Positions 17,049 to 24,201 of a DNA stretch of 64,000 bases are shown one piece after another. The stretch is taken from positions 55,666 to 119,665 of the IMG/VR virus record IMGVR_UViG_3300003886_000001; one strand, 5' to 3'. The notes below the pieces were generated by a model. The model had not been told where the DNA came from and searched no databases. It worked only from the letters and a program-made list of their open reading frames with translations. The position numbers and the translations under genes were made by a program. Within the stretch, counting starts at the first letter, position 1. The number at the start of each line of letters is the position of its first letter. The stretch is from a virus.

Positions 17049-17256
17049 GGTTTAACTCTGGGAGGTTCTTGCCATGAAGGGACCACCAGTCTTGGACACA
17101 AGCGTTAACGCGGTCTTCCCATATCCGAAACACGTTAAGGATGTCCCGGTCATTATCTACCGACGCCAAAGCGTGTCCCAAGTCCCTCATGAATGTATCC
17201 TTAGAGTCGGTCATGGCAAGTAATACGTAGTAGATGGCTACGTCCTTGGATTCCAT
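17041..17256 (-). CDS. Hypothetical protein (leaderless)
   Basis: 71-aa ORF; promoter 17262-17285. Confidence 0.7.
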   Translation of the reverse strand: MESKDVAIYYVLLAMTDSKDTFMRDLGHALASVDNDRDILNVFRIWEDRVNACVQDWWSLHGKNLPELNHA

Positions 17257-17261
17257 GCCAT

Positions 17262-17285
17262 ATAATACCCTGTTTATAAATGAGA
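17262..17285 (-). promoter_or_regulatory. TCTCAT-N12-TATTAT leaderless promoter
   Basis: ATG 5 nt after -10. Confidence 0.7.
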
Positions 17286-17558
17286 AGGATGAGCTGATAG
17301 GTTAAAGTCCCGTAGCACACCGTCAAACTCAAACAGGTTGAAGTAGTCATCTTCCATTCTCAGAGCCGTCTTAGAGTCCACAACAGCCATCGCCTCTTTG
17401 AGGGTGGTTACCCCTGTCAGGTCCTTATCTTCCAAGCCTCTAGCCGCCCCTTTGTACACAAAGAATTCAGTATCGGAGTGATACTCTAGACGGGAGGACA
17501 CGCCGGGCTCCGGATAAGCTACTTCAACTTGCATGATTAAATCCATACTACTCTTCAC
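17274..17558 (-). CDS. Hypothetical protein
   Basis: 94-aa ORF in operon. Confidence 0.65.
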   Translation of the reverse strand: MKSSMDLIMQVEVAYPEPGVSSRLEYHSDTEFFVYKGAARGLEDKDLTGVTTLKEAMAVVDSKTALRMEDDYFNLFEFDGVLRDFNLSAHPSHL

Positions 17559-17730
17559 CTTTGTAAGAACGCTCGTTCTCCACGATTAAGGCTCCCATCC
17601 TACGCAGAACTTCTTGGGGCGTGATATAAGGCTCGGGTGCCCAGTCCAGCGTGTTCTCTTCTGTGAATTCTGGGGCGTAGACCTTTGCGTATGCTTCCAG
17701 GAGACTGTCCATGTTTACCTCCGTGTCCAT
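17548..17730 (-). CDS. Small acidic protein
   Basis: 60 aa, E/D-rich; start may be the second Met. Confidence 0.6.
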   Translation of the reverse strand: MDTEVNMDSLLEAYAKVYAPEFTEENTLDWAPEPYITPQEVLRRMGALIVENERSYKGEE

Positions 17731-17770
17731 CCGCTGTCCTATTGTATGTGCCCTTTCAGCTCTAGACCAA

Positions 17771-17976
17771 CACTAAGTGAGAAATATAAGAGGCAAGTGG
17801 CCCCCGGTGAAGCTGTAATGGGGGCCGCTGCGGAGTAGTGCCCCGGGTACCTCGGGTTGTGCCTTCCGCGTATACCTTAGGCACGTATGTAGTATAGGCT
17901 GATACTAAGTGAAGAGTATGAGGGCAGCGACCCCCCGGTGAAGCTATAATGGGTGGGGGCCGCTGCGGAGTAGTGC
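17771..17976. repeat. Imperfect ~70-bp direct repeat with GC hairpin
   Basis: ACTAAGTGA..CCCCCGGTGAAGCT(G/A)TAATG..GGGGCCGCTGCGGAGTAGTGC at 17771-17841 and 17903-17976. Confidence 0.9.
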
Positions 17977-18048
17977 AAATACCCGGATATATCAATATGG
18001 TGGGTATTGCAGCATATCGTGTTGCCCAGGCTCTGCCTAGGTAGCTAT

Positions 18049-18079
18049 ACTATAGGCCTAGACAGAATGAGAAGTATTA
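18049..18079 (-). promoter_or_regulatory. TAATACTTCTCAT-N12-TATAGT promoter with no downstream leaderless ATG
   Basis: TCTCAT 18067-72, -10 at 18049-54. Confidence 0.7.
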
Positions 18080-18342
18080 AAGTCACAGAGGTTGCTAATA
18101 GCTTGGCTAGCTTCTTCCCTCATCTGGTATTCCACAGTGCCCTTTGGGTGGTAGTAGTAGTCCAGGAGAATTTGGGCAAATGGAAGAATAGCCCCCAGTA
18201 TGGCCAGGTCGTCCGTATCGCGCATAATTGCCCATCCTACGGTGTTGCCTGCTGGTATCGTGCGATTGATACACAAGTCGCCCGTTTCCAAATTAAGGCA
18301 TATACTCCGAGACTCCATGGACGGGGTTATTTTAACTTCCAT
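18058..18342 (-). CDS. Paralog family A protein
   Basis: ICLNLETGDL..VGWAI..ILGAILPFAQILLD..AISNLC. Confidence 0.8.
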   Translation of the reverse strand: MEVKITPSMESRSICLNLETGDLCINRTIPAGNTVGWAIMRDTDDLAILGAILPFAQILLDYYYHPKGTVEYQMREEASQAISNLCDFNTSHSV

Positions 18343-18467
18343 AGTCTTCCTTTCTCAAAATGAGACACAGCACCCACGTTAGGCGCTGTGCTCTACGGCA
18401 TCCCCCCGTCGTGCTCTTATCCTATAGTGGGACCCGCACTGTCTAGGCGTACGTCCTAGGTAGCTAT

Positions 18468-18491
18468 ACTATAGGCCGAGTGCGCATGAGA
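18468..18491 (-). promoter_or_regulatory. TCTCAT-N12-TATAGT promoter
   Basis: TCTCAT 18486-91, -10 at 18468-73; shares CCTAGGTAGCTATACTATAGGCC with the 18049 site. Confidence 0.7.
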
Positions 18492-18756
18492 ATGATGAGT
18501 CGCAGAGGTGGATAATTGCCCGGCTAGCGCCCATGTATGCCTGATACGCCAAGCCGTCTCTTGGAACCTCAAGGCAGTCCAGGACAATCTTGGCAAACGG
18601 GGCAACGAGGCGGAGTAGCTCGTCGGTGTCCGTAGTTGCACTGATTGACCACCCGGTGACGTGCTTGCCCCGCACCGTGTAGTCCACGTACAAGTCTCCT
18701 GTCTTATGGTCCAGGCACAGCTTGTCGCCCTTTGACGAGATTACTTTAACGTCCAC
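18469..18756 (-). CDS. Paralog family A protein
   Basis: LCLDHKTGDL..TGWSI..LLRLVAPFAKIVLD..AIIHLC. Confidence 0.8.
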   Translation of the reverse strand: MDVKVISSKGDKLCLDHKTGDLYVDYTVRGKHVTGWSISATTDTDELLRLVAPFAKIVLDCLEVPRDGLAYQAYMGASRAIIHLCDSSFSCALGL

Positions 18757-18759
18757 GCG

Positions 18760-19056
18760 TCACTCCCTTTCCGTGCAAAGATTACTAATTGCCTCAACCG
18801 CTACCTCGTAGACATTTAACTTCACGTTGTCTGGTAAGGGGTTATGGAGGTTATCGTCGTAGTCTAGTATAATTTGGGCGAAGGGCTCGGCGGCCTTCAT
18901 AGTCTCGTGAGCATCACGGTTTAACGGAAGATACCACATAATAACGTCGGCCGACTCCGGCACTTCCGGCGCTACCGGGGCCGCTTGTAGAGTGCCCGTT
19001 ATGAGGTCCAGCCAGAGAACGTGCGGCTTAGCGGGTGGCACTACTTTGAGTTTCAT
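18760..19056 (-). CDS. Paralog family A protein (leaderless)
   Basis: LWLDLITGTL..IMWY..MKAAEPFAQIILD..AISNLC. Confidence 0.8.
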   Translation of the reverse strand: MKLKVVPPAKPHVLWLDLITGTLQAAPVAPEVPESADVIMWYLPLNRDAHETMKAAEPFAQIILDYDDNLHNPLPDNVKLNVYEVAVEAISNLCTERE

Positions 19057-19062
19057 AGCTAG

Positions 19063-19094
19063 AGTATAGGATAAGGACCTGTGAGAAACATTAG
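19063..19094 (-). promoter_or_regulatory. TAATGTTTCTCAC-N12-TATACT leaderless promoter
   Basis: TCTCAC 19081-86, -10 at 19063-68, ATG 19056. Confidence 0.75.
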
Positions 19095-19103
19095 GACCAA
19101 AGA

Positions 19104-19127
19104 CGCCCCCTCTGCTTAGAAGGGGCG
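19104..19127. terminator. GC hairpin, probable terminator
   Basis: CGCCCC..GGGGCG stem. Confidence 0.6.
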
Positions 19128-19209
19128 CTTATGAATGAGCGTCCAGCTTGTGTGTTTATTCGGAAGCTCCCCTTATACTACATCTTCCCCAGGTTAGAAA
19201 GATGAACAC

Positions 19210-19239
19210 TTGACAGGCCGCCACTTAGTGGACTATACT
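19210..19239 (+). promoter_or_regulatory. Canonical leaderless promoter
   Basis: TTGACA-18-TATACT-5-ATG (19245). Confidence 0.75.
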
Positions 19240-19244
19240 TGAGC

Positions 19245-19343
19245 ATGCTTATGGTCATAGTAACCCTGATAGCCGGCGTGGCATTCATCATCGTATCATA
19301 CTTTCTAGGGAGCCAGGATGGCGAAAACGCCGAAGATAATTAG
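19245..19343 (+). CDS. Small single-pass membrane peptide (32 aa)
   Basis: MLMVIVTLIAGVAFIIVSYFLGSQDGENAEDN. Confidence 0.65.
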   Translation: MLMVIVTLIAGVAFIIVSYFLGSQDGENAEDN

Positions 19344-19503
19344 GCGAGAATCCTACCCGTACGGTTACCTGGACCTGTGCGAGGACAGAATACTTGTCCA
19401 TCCCGCTAGCTACGCTACGATAGCCCAGAGGGACAGCCTCATGCAAGACGCTCTACTGTACGCGGCTAACGCTAGCAAGCCCGTTAAGGTGCTTCCAGGC
19501 TAA
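19318..19503 (+). CDS. Hypothetical protein
   Basis: 61 aa; GGGAG RBS. Confidence 0.6.
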   Translation: MAKTPKIIRRESYPYGYLDLCEDRILVHPASYATIAQRDSLMQDALLYAANASKPVKVLPG

Positions 19504-19672
19504 CGCTAGCAAAGGCTTCCTGGGGACTCATACCTTTCAGGAAGCAGTCCTTCACTTCCTGTTCGTGCTGCTTGTACCAACTACTCCATACGGTGCGTGT
19601 AACGGTCCCTACGCGGTCTTGCAGCGTATGGACGACTGTCACAAAGCCTCTGAATTCTCGTGTAGTAAACAT
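19484..19672 (-). CDS. Small phage protein with GMSPxEA motif
   Basis: WSSWYK..CFLKGMSPQEAF; AGGAG RBS. Confidence 0.6.
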   Translation of the reverse strand: MFTTREFRGFVTVVHTLQDRVGTVTRTVWSSWYKQHEQEVKDCFLKGMSPQEAFASVSLEAP

Positions 19673-19676
19673 GCTC

Positions 19677-19844
19677 CTACCTCATCTCCTGTAGCTTTGT
19701 CGACAGGAGATGGATTCTCTCCCGTCGCGCTTGGATGCTTTTCTTCAACTGAGGCGACCTTACCCTTCTCTGCTTGCCTTGCCAGTACAGGTCAGCGTCA
19801 AGCAGGAAAATTCTCAGGCTATCCGCAGTCTCTTTATCAATCAT
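19677..19844 (-). CDS. Small basic protein (55 aa, not in ORF track)
   Basis: MIDKETADSLRIFLLDADLYWQGKQRRVRS...; overlaps stop of upstream gene. Confidence 0.55.
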   Translation of the reverse strand: MIDKETADSLRIFLLDADLYWQGKQRRVRSPQLKKSIQARRERIHLLSTKLQEMR

Positions 19845-20094
19845 AAACAACAGGACCCTTTCCTTCTTCTTTCCGCAGCGTGTTGTACTCCGTTATAGTG
19901 ATGAACACGTCTGGGAGATAAATTGTGGTACCAAGTCGGGGGTCCTCAGGAAGTGCATCCCAACCTCGATACCCTTCATCGTAGTAGGAGACTTCGGCAC
20001 TAGTAGTACCGAGGACTACCACTTGATAGACTGTCCGAGGGTTGCCTTGGGCGTTATGTGTTGCGCAGAACCTCTGGACTGTTCTGGTAGGCAT
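19837..20094 (-). CDS. Paralog family B protein
   Basis: TVQ..RTVYQVV..DALP..IYLPDVFITITEY. Confidence 0.65.
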   Translation of the reverse strand: MPTRTVQRFCATHNAQGNPRTVYQVVVLGTTSAEVSYYDEGYRGWDALPEDPRLGTTIYLPDVFITITEYNTLRKEEGKGPVVYD

Positions 20095-20114
20095 TGTGAG
20101 TATCTCCTTTTCTT

Positions 20115-20138
20115 ATACTAGGCTAGTTTTCCATGAGA
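20115..20138 (-). promoter_or_regulatory. TCTCAT-N12-TAGTAT promoter
   Basis: TCTCAT 20133-38, -10 at 20115-20, then AAGGAG leader. Confidence 0.65.
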
Positions 20139-20464
20139 ATTATGGAAAACGGCACTCGAAACACTATGATGCCATTATCCTTGAGAAGAGTTACTAGGTT
20201 AGCAGCGCCGACGGGATTCATAGAATGCACAATGAAGACTGTATCCTGTAACAGAGAAAAGTCTACTCCTCTCAGGCTGCTATAGACGTCCTCACTTCCC
20301 AGGTCATGGTCAAGGAACACGACGTCAGCCTCACCTAGCAGTCCCGTATCAAAGACGGTAGAATGCACAACGTCGCCTCTGATACCGTGACGGCGCGCCC
20401 AAGCACGAATAGTGCCTACCCGGCAAGTATCATCGTCAATAATCAAAGCCTTTGACATACTCAT
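20123..20464 (-). CDS. Cyclic-phosphate-processing receiver (cREC)-like domain protein
   Basis: LIIDDD..VVFLDHDLG..IVHSMNPVGA. Confidence 0.8.
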   Translation of the reverse strand: MSMSKALIIDDDTCRVGTIRAWARRHGIRGDVVHSTVFDTGLLGEADVVFLDHDLGSEDVYSSLRGVDFSLLQDTVFIVHSMNPVGAANLVTLLKDNGIIVFRVPFSIILMEN

Positions 20465-20888
20465 AGAAGCTTGGCGTCCCTTCGGTCACAGTCTCGTTGT
20501 GGTAGTCAAGCCGAGCCTCACACTGGAAGCCGTACAAGTCGGCGTCCCGCTCTGTTGGCAACTTACGGTAGACGGCGGCATCGTGTACAGTCTTTGCAGC
20601 GTCAAACGAGTCTCTTGCCGTTGGCATATTGAAGTGTTGCCATACGTGCCGGGCCTCGTGCGCAATGATGACAACTACGTCCCGGACGTCAGAGCATTGC
20701 AACAGGTTAAGAAACAGGTCGGCGTGTAACGTCTCGGGGGAAGGGTATGAGACTACTACCGAGGACGACACTATGGCGCCGGTTACGGACGGGTCATGGT
20801 AAGCATGGAGCGTAAACTCTACGTCCTCAAGGTGTAAGTCCGAGATGACGTCCTGGAAAATGCTGGTAGCAACTACCTTCAATTCCAT
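20436..20888 (-). CDS. HExxH zincin-like metallopeptidase (leaderless)
   Basis: IIAHEARHVWQ..PTERDAD. Confidence 0.75.
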   Translation of the reverse strand: MELKVVATSIFQDVISDLHLEDVEFTLHAYHDPSVTGAIVSSSVVVSYPSPETLHADLFLNLLQCSDVRDVVVIIAHEARHVWQHFNMPTARDSFDAAKTVHDAAVYRKLPTERDADLYGFQCEARLDYHNETVTEGTPSFYEYVKGFDY

Positions 20889-20893
20889 GCTTC

Positions 20894-20924
20894 ATGGTAT
20901 GCCACCTTAGCATGAGAAAGATTA
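20894..20924 (-). promoter_or_regulatory. TAATCTTTCTCAT-N12-TACCAT leaderless promoter
   Basis: TCTCAT 20912-17, -10 at 20894-99, ATG 20888. Confidence 0.75.
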
Positions 20925-20926
20925 GA

Positions 20927-20952
20927 ATAACCCCGCCAATTGACGGGGTTAT
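20927..20952 (-). terminator. Intrinsic terminator
   Basis: ATAACCCC..GGGGTTAT stem immediately after stop of 20959. Confidence 0.7.
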
Positions 20953-20958
20953 CTGGAC

Positions 20959-21141
20959 TTACCGGGTTTCCCATGACATGGCGGAGTGTAGCATATACTC
21001 CCGTTCCGTCACTTCCAGCGGGTAGAGTGTTACTGCCTGCCGGGGAAGGTTAGGGAGGTTCCGATACACGCGGCGTTCTCCATCCTCTGTTACCACGTAG
21101 AGCGTCTTTCTTGGGGTATAAACAGCCTGGACAATTGTCAT
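20959..21141 (-). CDS. Paralog family B protein
   Basis: IVQ..LYVV..YRNLPNLP..VTLYPLEVTEREY. Confidence 0.7.
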   Translation of the reverse strand: MTIVQAVYTPRKTLYVVTEDGERRVYRNLPNLPRQAVTLYPLEVTEREYMLHSAMSWETR

Positions 21142-21142
21142 G

Positions 21143-21403
21143 TTACTTCCACCTCAGTATTGGGTGTTCTCCACGGTCTTGAGCCTTCTCCAAGCGTTCC
21201 TGGAAGTCATATTCTTCTTCCGTTATGGACAGCGGGGCTAGCAAGATGATTCTTCCGCCCCTTAATGGGATATCTTCCAACCTAGTATAAACTCGGTGGT
21301 CCATGAACACACACTCCGTCCTTAGGAGTCTCCTGCGCTTCACAGTGCGGACCAGATACAGTATCCCTCTATTCTCATTGTGGACGTGCTGTACTATTAC
21401 CAT
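21143..21403 (-). CDS. Paralog family B protein
   Basis: IVQ..LYLV..YTRLEDIP..ILLAPLSITEEEY. Confidence 0.7.
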   Translation of the reverse strand: MVIVQHVHNENRGILYLVRTVKRRRLLRTECVFMDHRVYTRLEDIPLRGGRIILLAPLSITEEEYDFQERLEKAQDRGEHPILRWK

Positions 21404-21669
21404 TTTTCCATCTTGGACAATAGACTCTTGAGGACGGGGTTGCGGTTGGACTCCAATTCGTTTTCCAAGTCGGAGTATTCATTCCACGTTACACGGTAGC
21501 TTGGAAGCTCGATGAAGTCTGTTTGGGGGAACCGATAAAACACCTCCTCAAGGGTCCGGCACAAGTAACGCTTTGCTGCCGGGATATTCTCCACAGTGTC
21601 TGCTTCTAGGACCAGGTAGAGCCGTTGGGTCTGCTCACCTTCATAGAAAAGACATTGTATCAGTCTCAT
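21397..21669 (-). CDS. Paralog family B protein
   Basis: LIQ..LYLV..RTLEEV..IELPSYRVTWNEY; start 21669 after GGAAGGGG. Confidence 0.7.
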   Translation of the reverse strand: MRLIQCLFYEGEQTQRLYLVLEADTVENIPAAKRYLCRTLEEVFYRFPQTDFIELPSYRVTWNEYSDLENELESNRNPVLKSLLSKMEKW

Positions 21670-21901
21670 ACCGTATCCCCCTTCCATGTTGGGCGATTAT
21701 CCGTAGGAACCGGCCCGAAGCTACCGTTAGTGGCGGCAGGGTTATTTTTTCGGCGGTCGGGTAGGCTCTTTCAACATCTTCCAGCATCTTGAACAGTCTA
21801 ACCCTCGCCTTGTCCACCCCGATAATGCCAACGCCGGGTACTGTGACATACACGGTCCGGTCGCCTCTGATTGTGTCCAGCCTCTGTACGAGACAGTACA
21901 T
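21641..21901 (-). CDS. Paralog family B protein
   Basis: LVQ..TVYV..FKMLEDV..ITLPPLTV. Confidence 0.7.
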   Translation of the reverse strand: MYCLVQRLDTIRGDRTVYVTVPGVGIIGVDKARVRLFKMLEDVERAYPTAEKITLPPLTVASGRFLRIIAQHGRGIRYETDTMSFL

Positions 21902-22071
21902 TATGACCCGAGGAAGCCGTGCCGCATGGCGATGCGCTTCTCTATCATGCGCAGTTTCGCTTGGCGGTGCGGGTCATGCTTGGGCACTCGCGCCCGCAAT
22001 TGCCACAATTCGGTTTCCGTCAAGATGGCTACCAGTTTACTCCACCGGTCAAATTCGGATTCTTTACGCAT
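21901..22071 (-). CDS. Small basic helical protein (56 aa)
   Basis: MRKESEFDRWSKL...; start 22071 coupled to stop of upstream ORF. Confidence 0.6.
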   Translation of the reverse strand: MRKESEFDRWSKLVAILTETELWQLRARVPKHDPHRQAKLRMIEKRIAMRHGFLGS

Positions 22072-22228
22072 GGCGCAGGTCCTCGTAGTCCGCGTCCGTA
22101 AGGAAGACGTCCGCCGTAAGGTCATAGTAGCAGTGTTCGCCGGTTGACGGTGTCCAGCCGTACAGTACGCGGTGTCCATTGACGGTCATAATCGGTTCTC
22201 CTTGTGAGGGGCGCCAGTCTGTTTCCAT
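22064..22228 (-). CDS. Small protein (54 aa, leaderless, not in ORF track)
   Basis: METDWRPSQGEPIMTVNGHRVLYGWTPSTGEHCYYDLTADVFLTDADYEDLRHA. Confidence 0.75.
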   Translation of the reverse strand: METDWRPSQGEPIMTVNGHRVLYGWTPSTGEHCYYDLTADVFLTDADYEDLRHA

Positions 22229-22233
22229 ACTTC

Positions 22234-22262
22234 AAAATATCACATAAAGGGCCGGCTGTCAA
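22234..22262 (-). promoter_or_regulatory. Canonical leaderless promoter
   Basis: TTGACA-17-(TG)TATTTT-5-ATG. Confidence 0.8.
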
Positions 22263-22393
22263 GAGCCGGCCACTAATCGGTGTACTATCACCTATGTGCC
22301 CCCTGCTAGTGTATGCACGTCGTCCGCTACGCATAGCCTGTGATATGTCCAGCCGGTTGTGTCTCGGTGGTCAAATTCTCAGGCCAGAGAACG

Positions 22394-22642
22394 TCATTCG
22401 TACGCTAAGGCCAATTCTGGCCTAGGCGTTGTCCAGGGCCGTACCACGTCGCGTCTAGTCTCCGCGTGACAGCACTTGCACTCCCGCCAATGTACCAATT
22501 CATAGTCAATTACCCCATCGAAGTCTGGCCATTTTTCGACCTGGTTAATCGCATTTTCCGTTGTGTCTGCAATAATGGGCACGTTGGTATACCCTTCTCC
22601 GCTCATCCACAGATTCCCGATAATCGTTGCACGGTACATCAT
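22394..22642 (-). CDS. Hypothetical protein
   Basis: 82 aa; AAAGGG RBS. Confidence 0.65.
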   Translation of the reverse strand: MMYRATIIGNLWMSGEGYTNVPIIADTTENAINQVEKWPDFDGVIDYELVHWRECKCCHAETRRDVVRPWTTPRPELALAYE

Positions 22643-22654
22643 CCACGCCCTTTC

Positions 22655-22762
22655 TTAGTCACACAACGCTTCATAGTCTGCCCAGTCTTCACACTCTGCT
22701 TCCGAGTCGTAGGTGTCCGGGATAAACTCGTCACTTTGGCGTTCCGTAAGAAAGTCATCCAT
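22655..22762 (-). CDS. Highly acidic mini-protein (35 aa, leaderless, not in ORF track)
   Basis: MDDFLTERQSDEFIPDTYDSEAECEDWADYEALCD. Confidence 0.75.
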   Translation of the reverse strand: MDDFLTERQSDEFIPDTYDSEAECEDWADYEALCD

Positions 22763-22767
22763 AAAGT

Positions 22768-22796
22768 AGTCTACCCCTTCCCGTCCACGCTGTCAA
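22768..22796 (-). promoter_or_regulatory. Canonical leaderless promoter
   Basis: TTGACA-17-TAGACT-5-ATG. Confidence 0.85.
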
Positions 22797-23023
22797 CTAT
22801 CGTCCCATGCATGGGATAGCTGAATCAGATATTCTGGCTCTACTACATGCAACGGCTGCAATTCTACGATATCGTATCCGCCGGCTTTGGTCGGCAAGTC
22901 CGCCACGTTGTATTGTACGGTGCCCTTATCCTTCCGCAAGTCCTCGAACGAGTCTCCGGTCCTCACTAGATACAAGAATTCGGAGTCTGTCGTCCAGATA
23001 GTCTGTACAAGCGCTAGCTTCAT
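22793..23023 (-). CDS. Paralog family B protein
   Basis: LVQ..LYLV..YNVADLP..VELQPLHVVEPEY. Confidence 0.7.
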   Translation of the reverse strand: MKLALVQTIWTTDSEFLYLVRTGDSFEDLRKDKGTVQYNVADLPTKAGGYDIVELQPLHVVEPEYLIQLSHAWDDS

Positions 23024-23025
23024 TT

Positions 23026-23367
23026 TTACTCCTCCGCGTACTTGCTACGGTCAAGCGTACGGTGGGCGTCACCGTGCCGGTTAATCCATACCGTGCGGAC
23101 CAGCCTATCCTCGGGGTTAATGACAAGTACCAAGTCCTGCTTGCCCTGGTATGGCTGCCGGTAGACCGCTTTGACTACTTTCTGCCCTTCTACTTCCGCT
23201 TCGACCAGGACAGCCTTCCGGCTGTCAAACACTGCCGGCAGGTCAATATGGCCGTACTGGTCGGTAGTTGCAGCCTGTCGCGCATGGGCGCTGTAGCGCA
23301 ACAGTGCCGAAAATTGCAGGTTACGGGCCGGGGCCGGGAAGAAAACGTCTTTGTGATAAAGGGCCAT
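23026..23367 (-). CDS. Conserved phage protein, possible BECR/DUF4258-like RNase fold (leaderless)
   Basis: YSAHA..DLVLVI..VRTVWIN..HRTLD. Confidence 0.7.
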   Translation of the reverse strand: MALYHKDVFFPAPARNLQFSALLRYSAHARQAATTDQYGHIDLPAVFDSRKAVLVEAEVEGQKVVKAVYRQPYQGKQDLVLVINPEDRLVRTVWINRHGDAHRTLDRSKYAEE

Positions 23368-23372
23368 AACTG

Positions 23373-23400
23373 ATTATAGCACTCTGACAGCCAGTGTCAA
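23373..23400 (-). promoter_or_regulatory. Canonical leaderless promoter
   Basis: TTGACA-16-TATAAT-5-ATG. Confidence 0.8.
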
Positions 23401-23708
23401 GTCCGCATAATCGTGACCGGCATACCCTCCCGGTATCGCCGGCTCATTCTGTACAAGTAAGATGGAGTCCCGGAGTACGACTAAGCGTGTCTTGCCATAC
23501 CGCCCCATGATGCTCTTTGCTAGGGATTCATGGAGTATCACGTCATACTCGATGCACGCTTACCACTACGTAGCCCAGGCCCTTTGCTAGTGCCGCGATG
23601 GACTCTACATTCCATTCTTTACCGCGACACATAAGCATGGCGTACTTTCCATTCTTCTCCACCTTGACAGCGTATGCCATGCCCCTCCCGACCGGAATTG
23701 TGAAAACT

Positions 23709-24026
23709 TTATCGAGCGTATCCCCACAGGGTAAGATGTTCTTTCAGCACAGGCCCTACTCTGGACGACAGGGTAGAGTCGTCGGGCAAGGTAGAAAACT
23801 CCCAGTCTGTGCCACCTACAGCTTCTAAGGCTTTGGCCAAGGCTCGCGCCTTCTTTTCACTTGGGATGTTGTCTATGATGCGGCGACCGGACGCGCAGTG
23901 ACTAATTTCCCATCCACGAATACCGCTTAAATTGTGATGGACTGCTAGGTGTTCGGTCAACACGGCTTCTATTTCTTCCGGTTTCCTCTTGCCACCGTAC
24001 ATCGGCCGGAAAGTCCCGGTTACCAT
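23709..24026 (-). CDS. Hypothetical protein
   Basis: LAVH..WEISHCASG; coupled to upstream ORF. Confidence 0.65.
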   Translation of the reverse strand: MVTGTFRPMYGGKRKPEEIEAVLTEHLAVHHNLSGIRGWEISHCASGRRIIDNIPSEKKARALAKALEAVGGTDWEFSTLPDDSTLSSRVGPVLKEHLTLWGYAR

Positions 24027-24196
24027 CCCGCGTCCTTGAGCGCACGCTTGGCGGCTGTCACAGGGCGAGTGTGCGACGCGTAGTCGTCCGCGTACAGGTA
24101 GTCCGGCAGGTCCTCGGCTGCGAGGCCGGCAATGCTTTCCATCGCGTCATTCACTTGTTTCATCCATTGTTTATAGGTCATTTTCTTGGAATCCAT
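24020..24196 (-). CDS. DUF5419-like small protein (58 aa, leaderless, not in ORF track)
   Basis: MTYKQWMKQVNDAMESIAGLAAEDLPDYLYADDY..PVTAAKRAL. Confidence 0.7.
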   Translation of the reverse strand: MDSKKMTYKQWMKQVNDAMESIAGLAAEDLPDYLYADDYASHTRPVTAAKRALKDAGW

Positions 24197-24201
24197 ACCA
24201 G

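Noticed and set aside
17771-17976. CRISPR repeat pair
   Set aside because: Only two imperfect ~70-bp copies, each better explained as hairpin plus promoter.
19464-19512. 15-bp repeat GGCTAACGCTAGCAA as a recombination site
   Set aside because: Only two copies in overlapping gene ends, and no recombinase is nearby.
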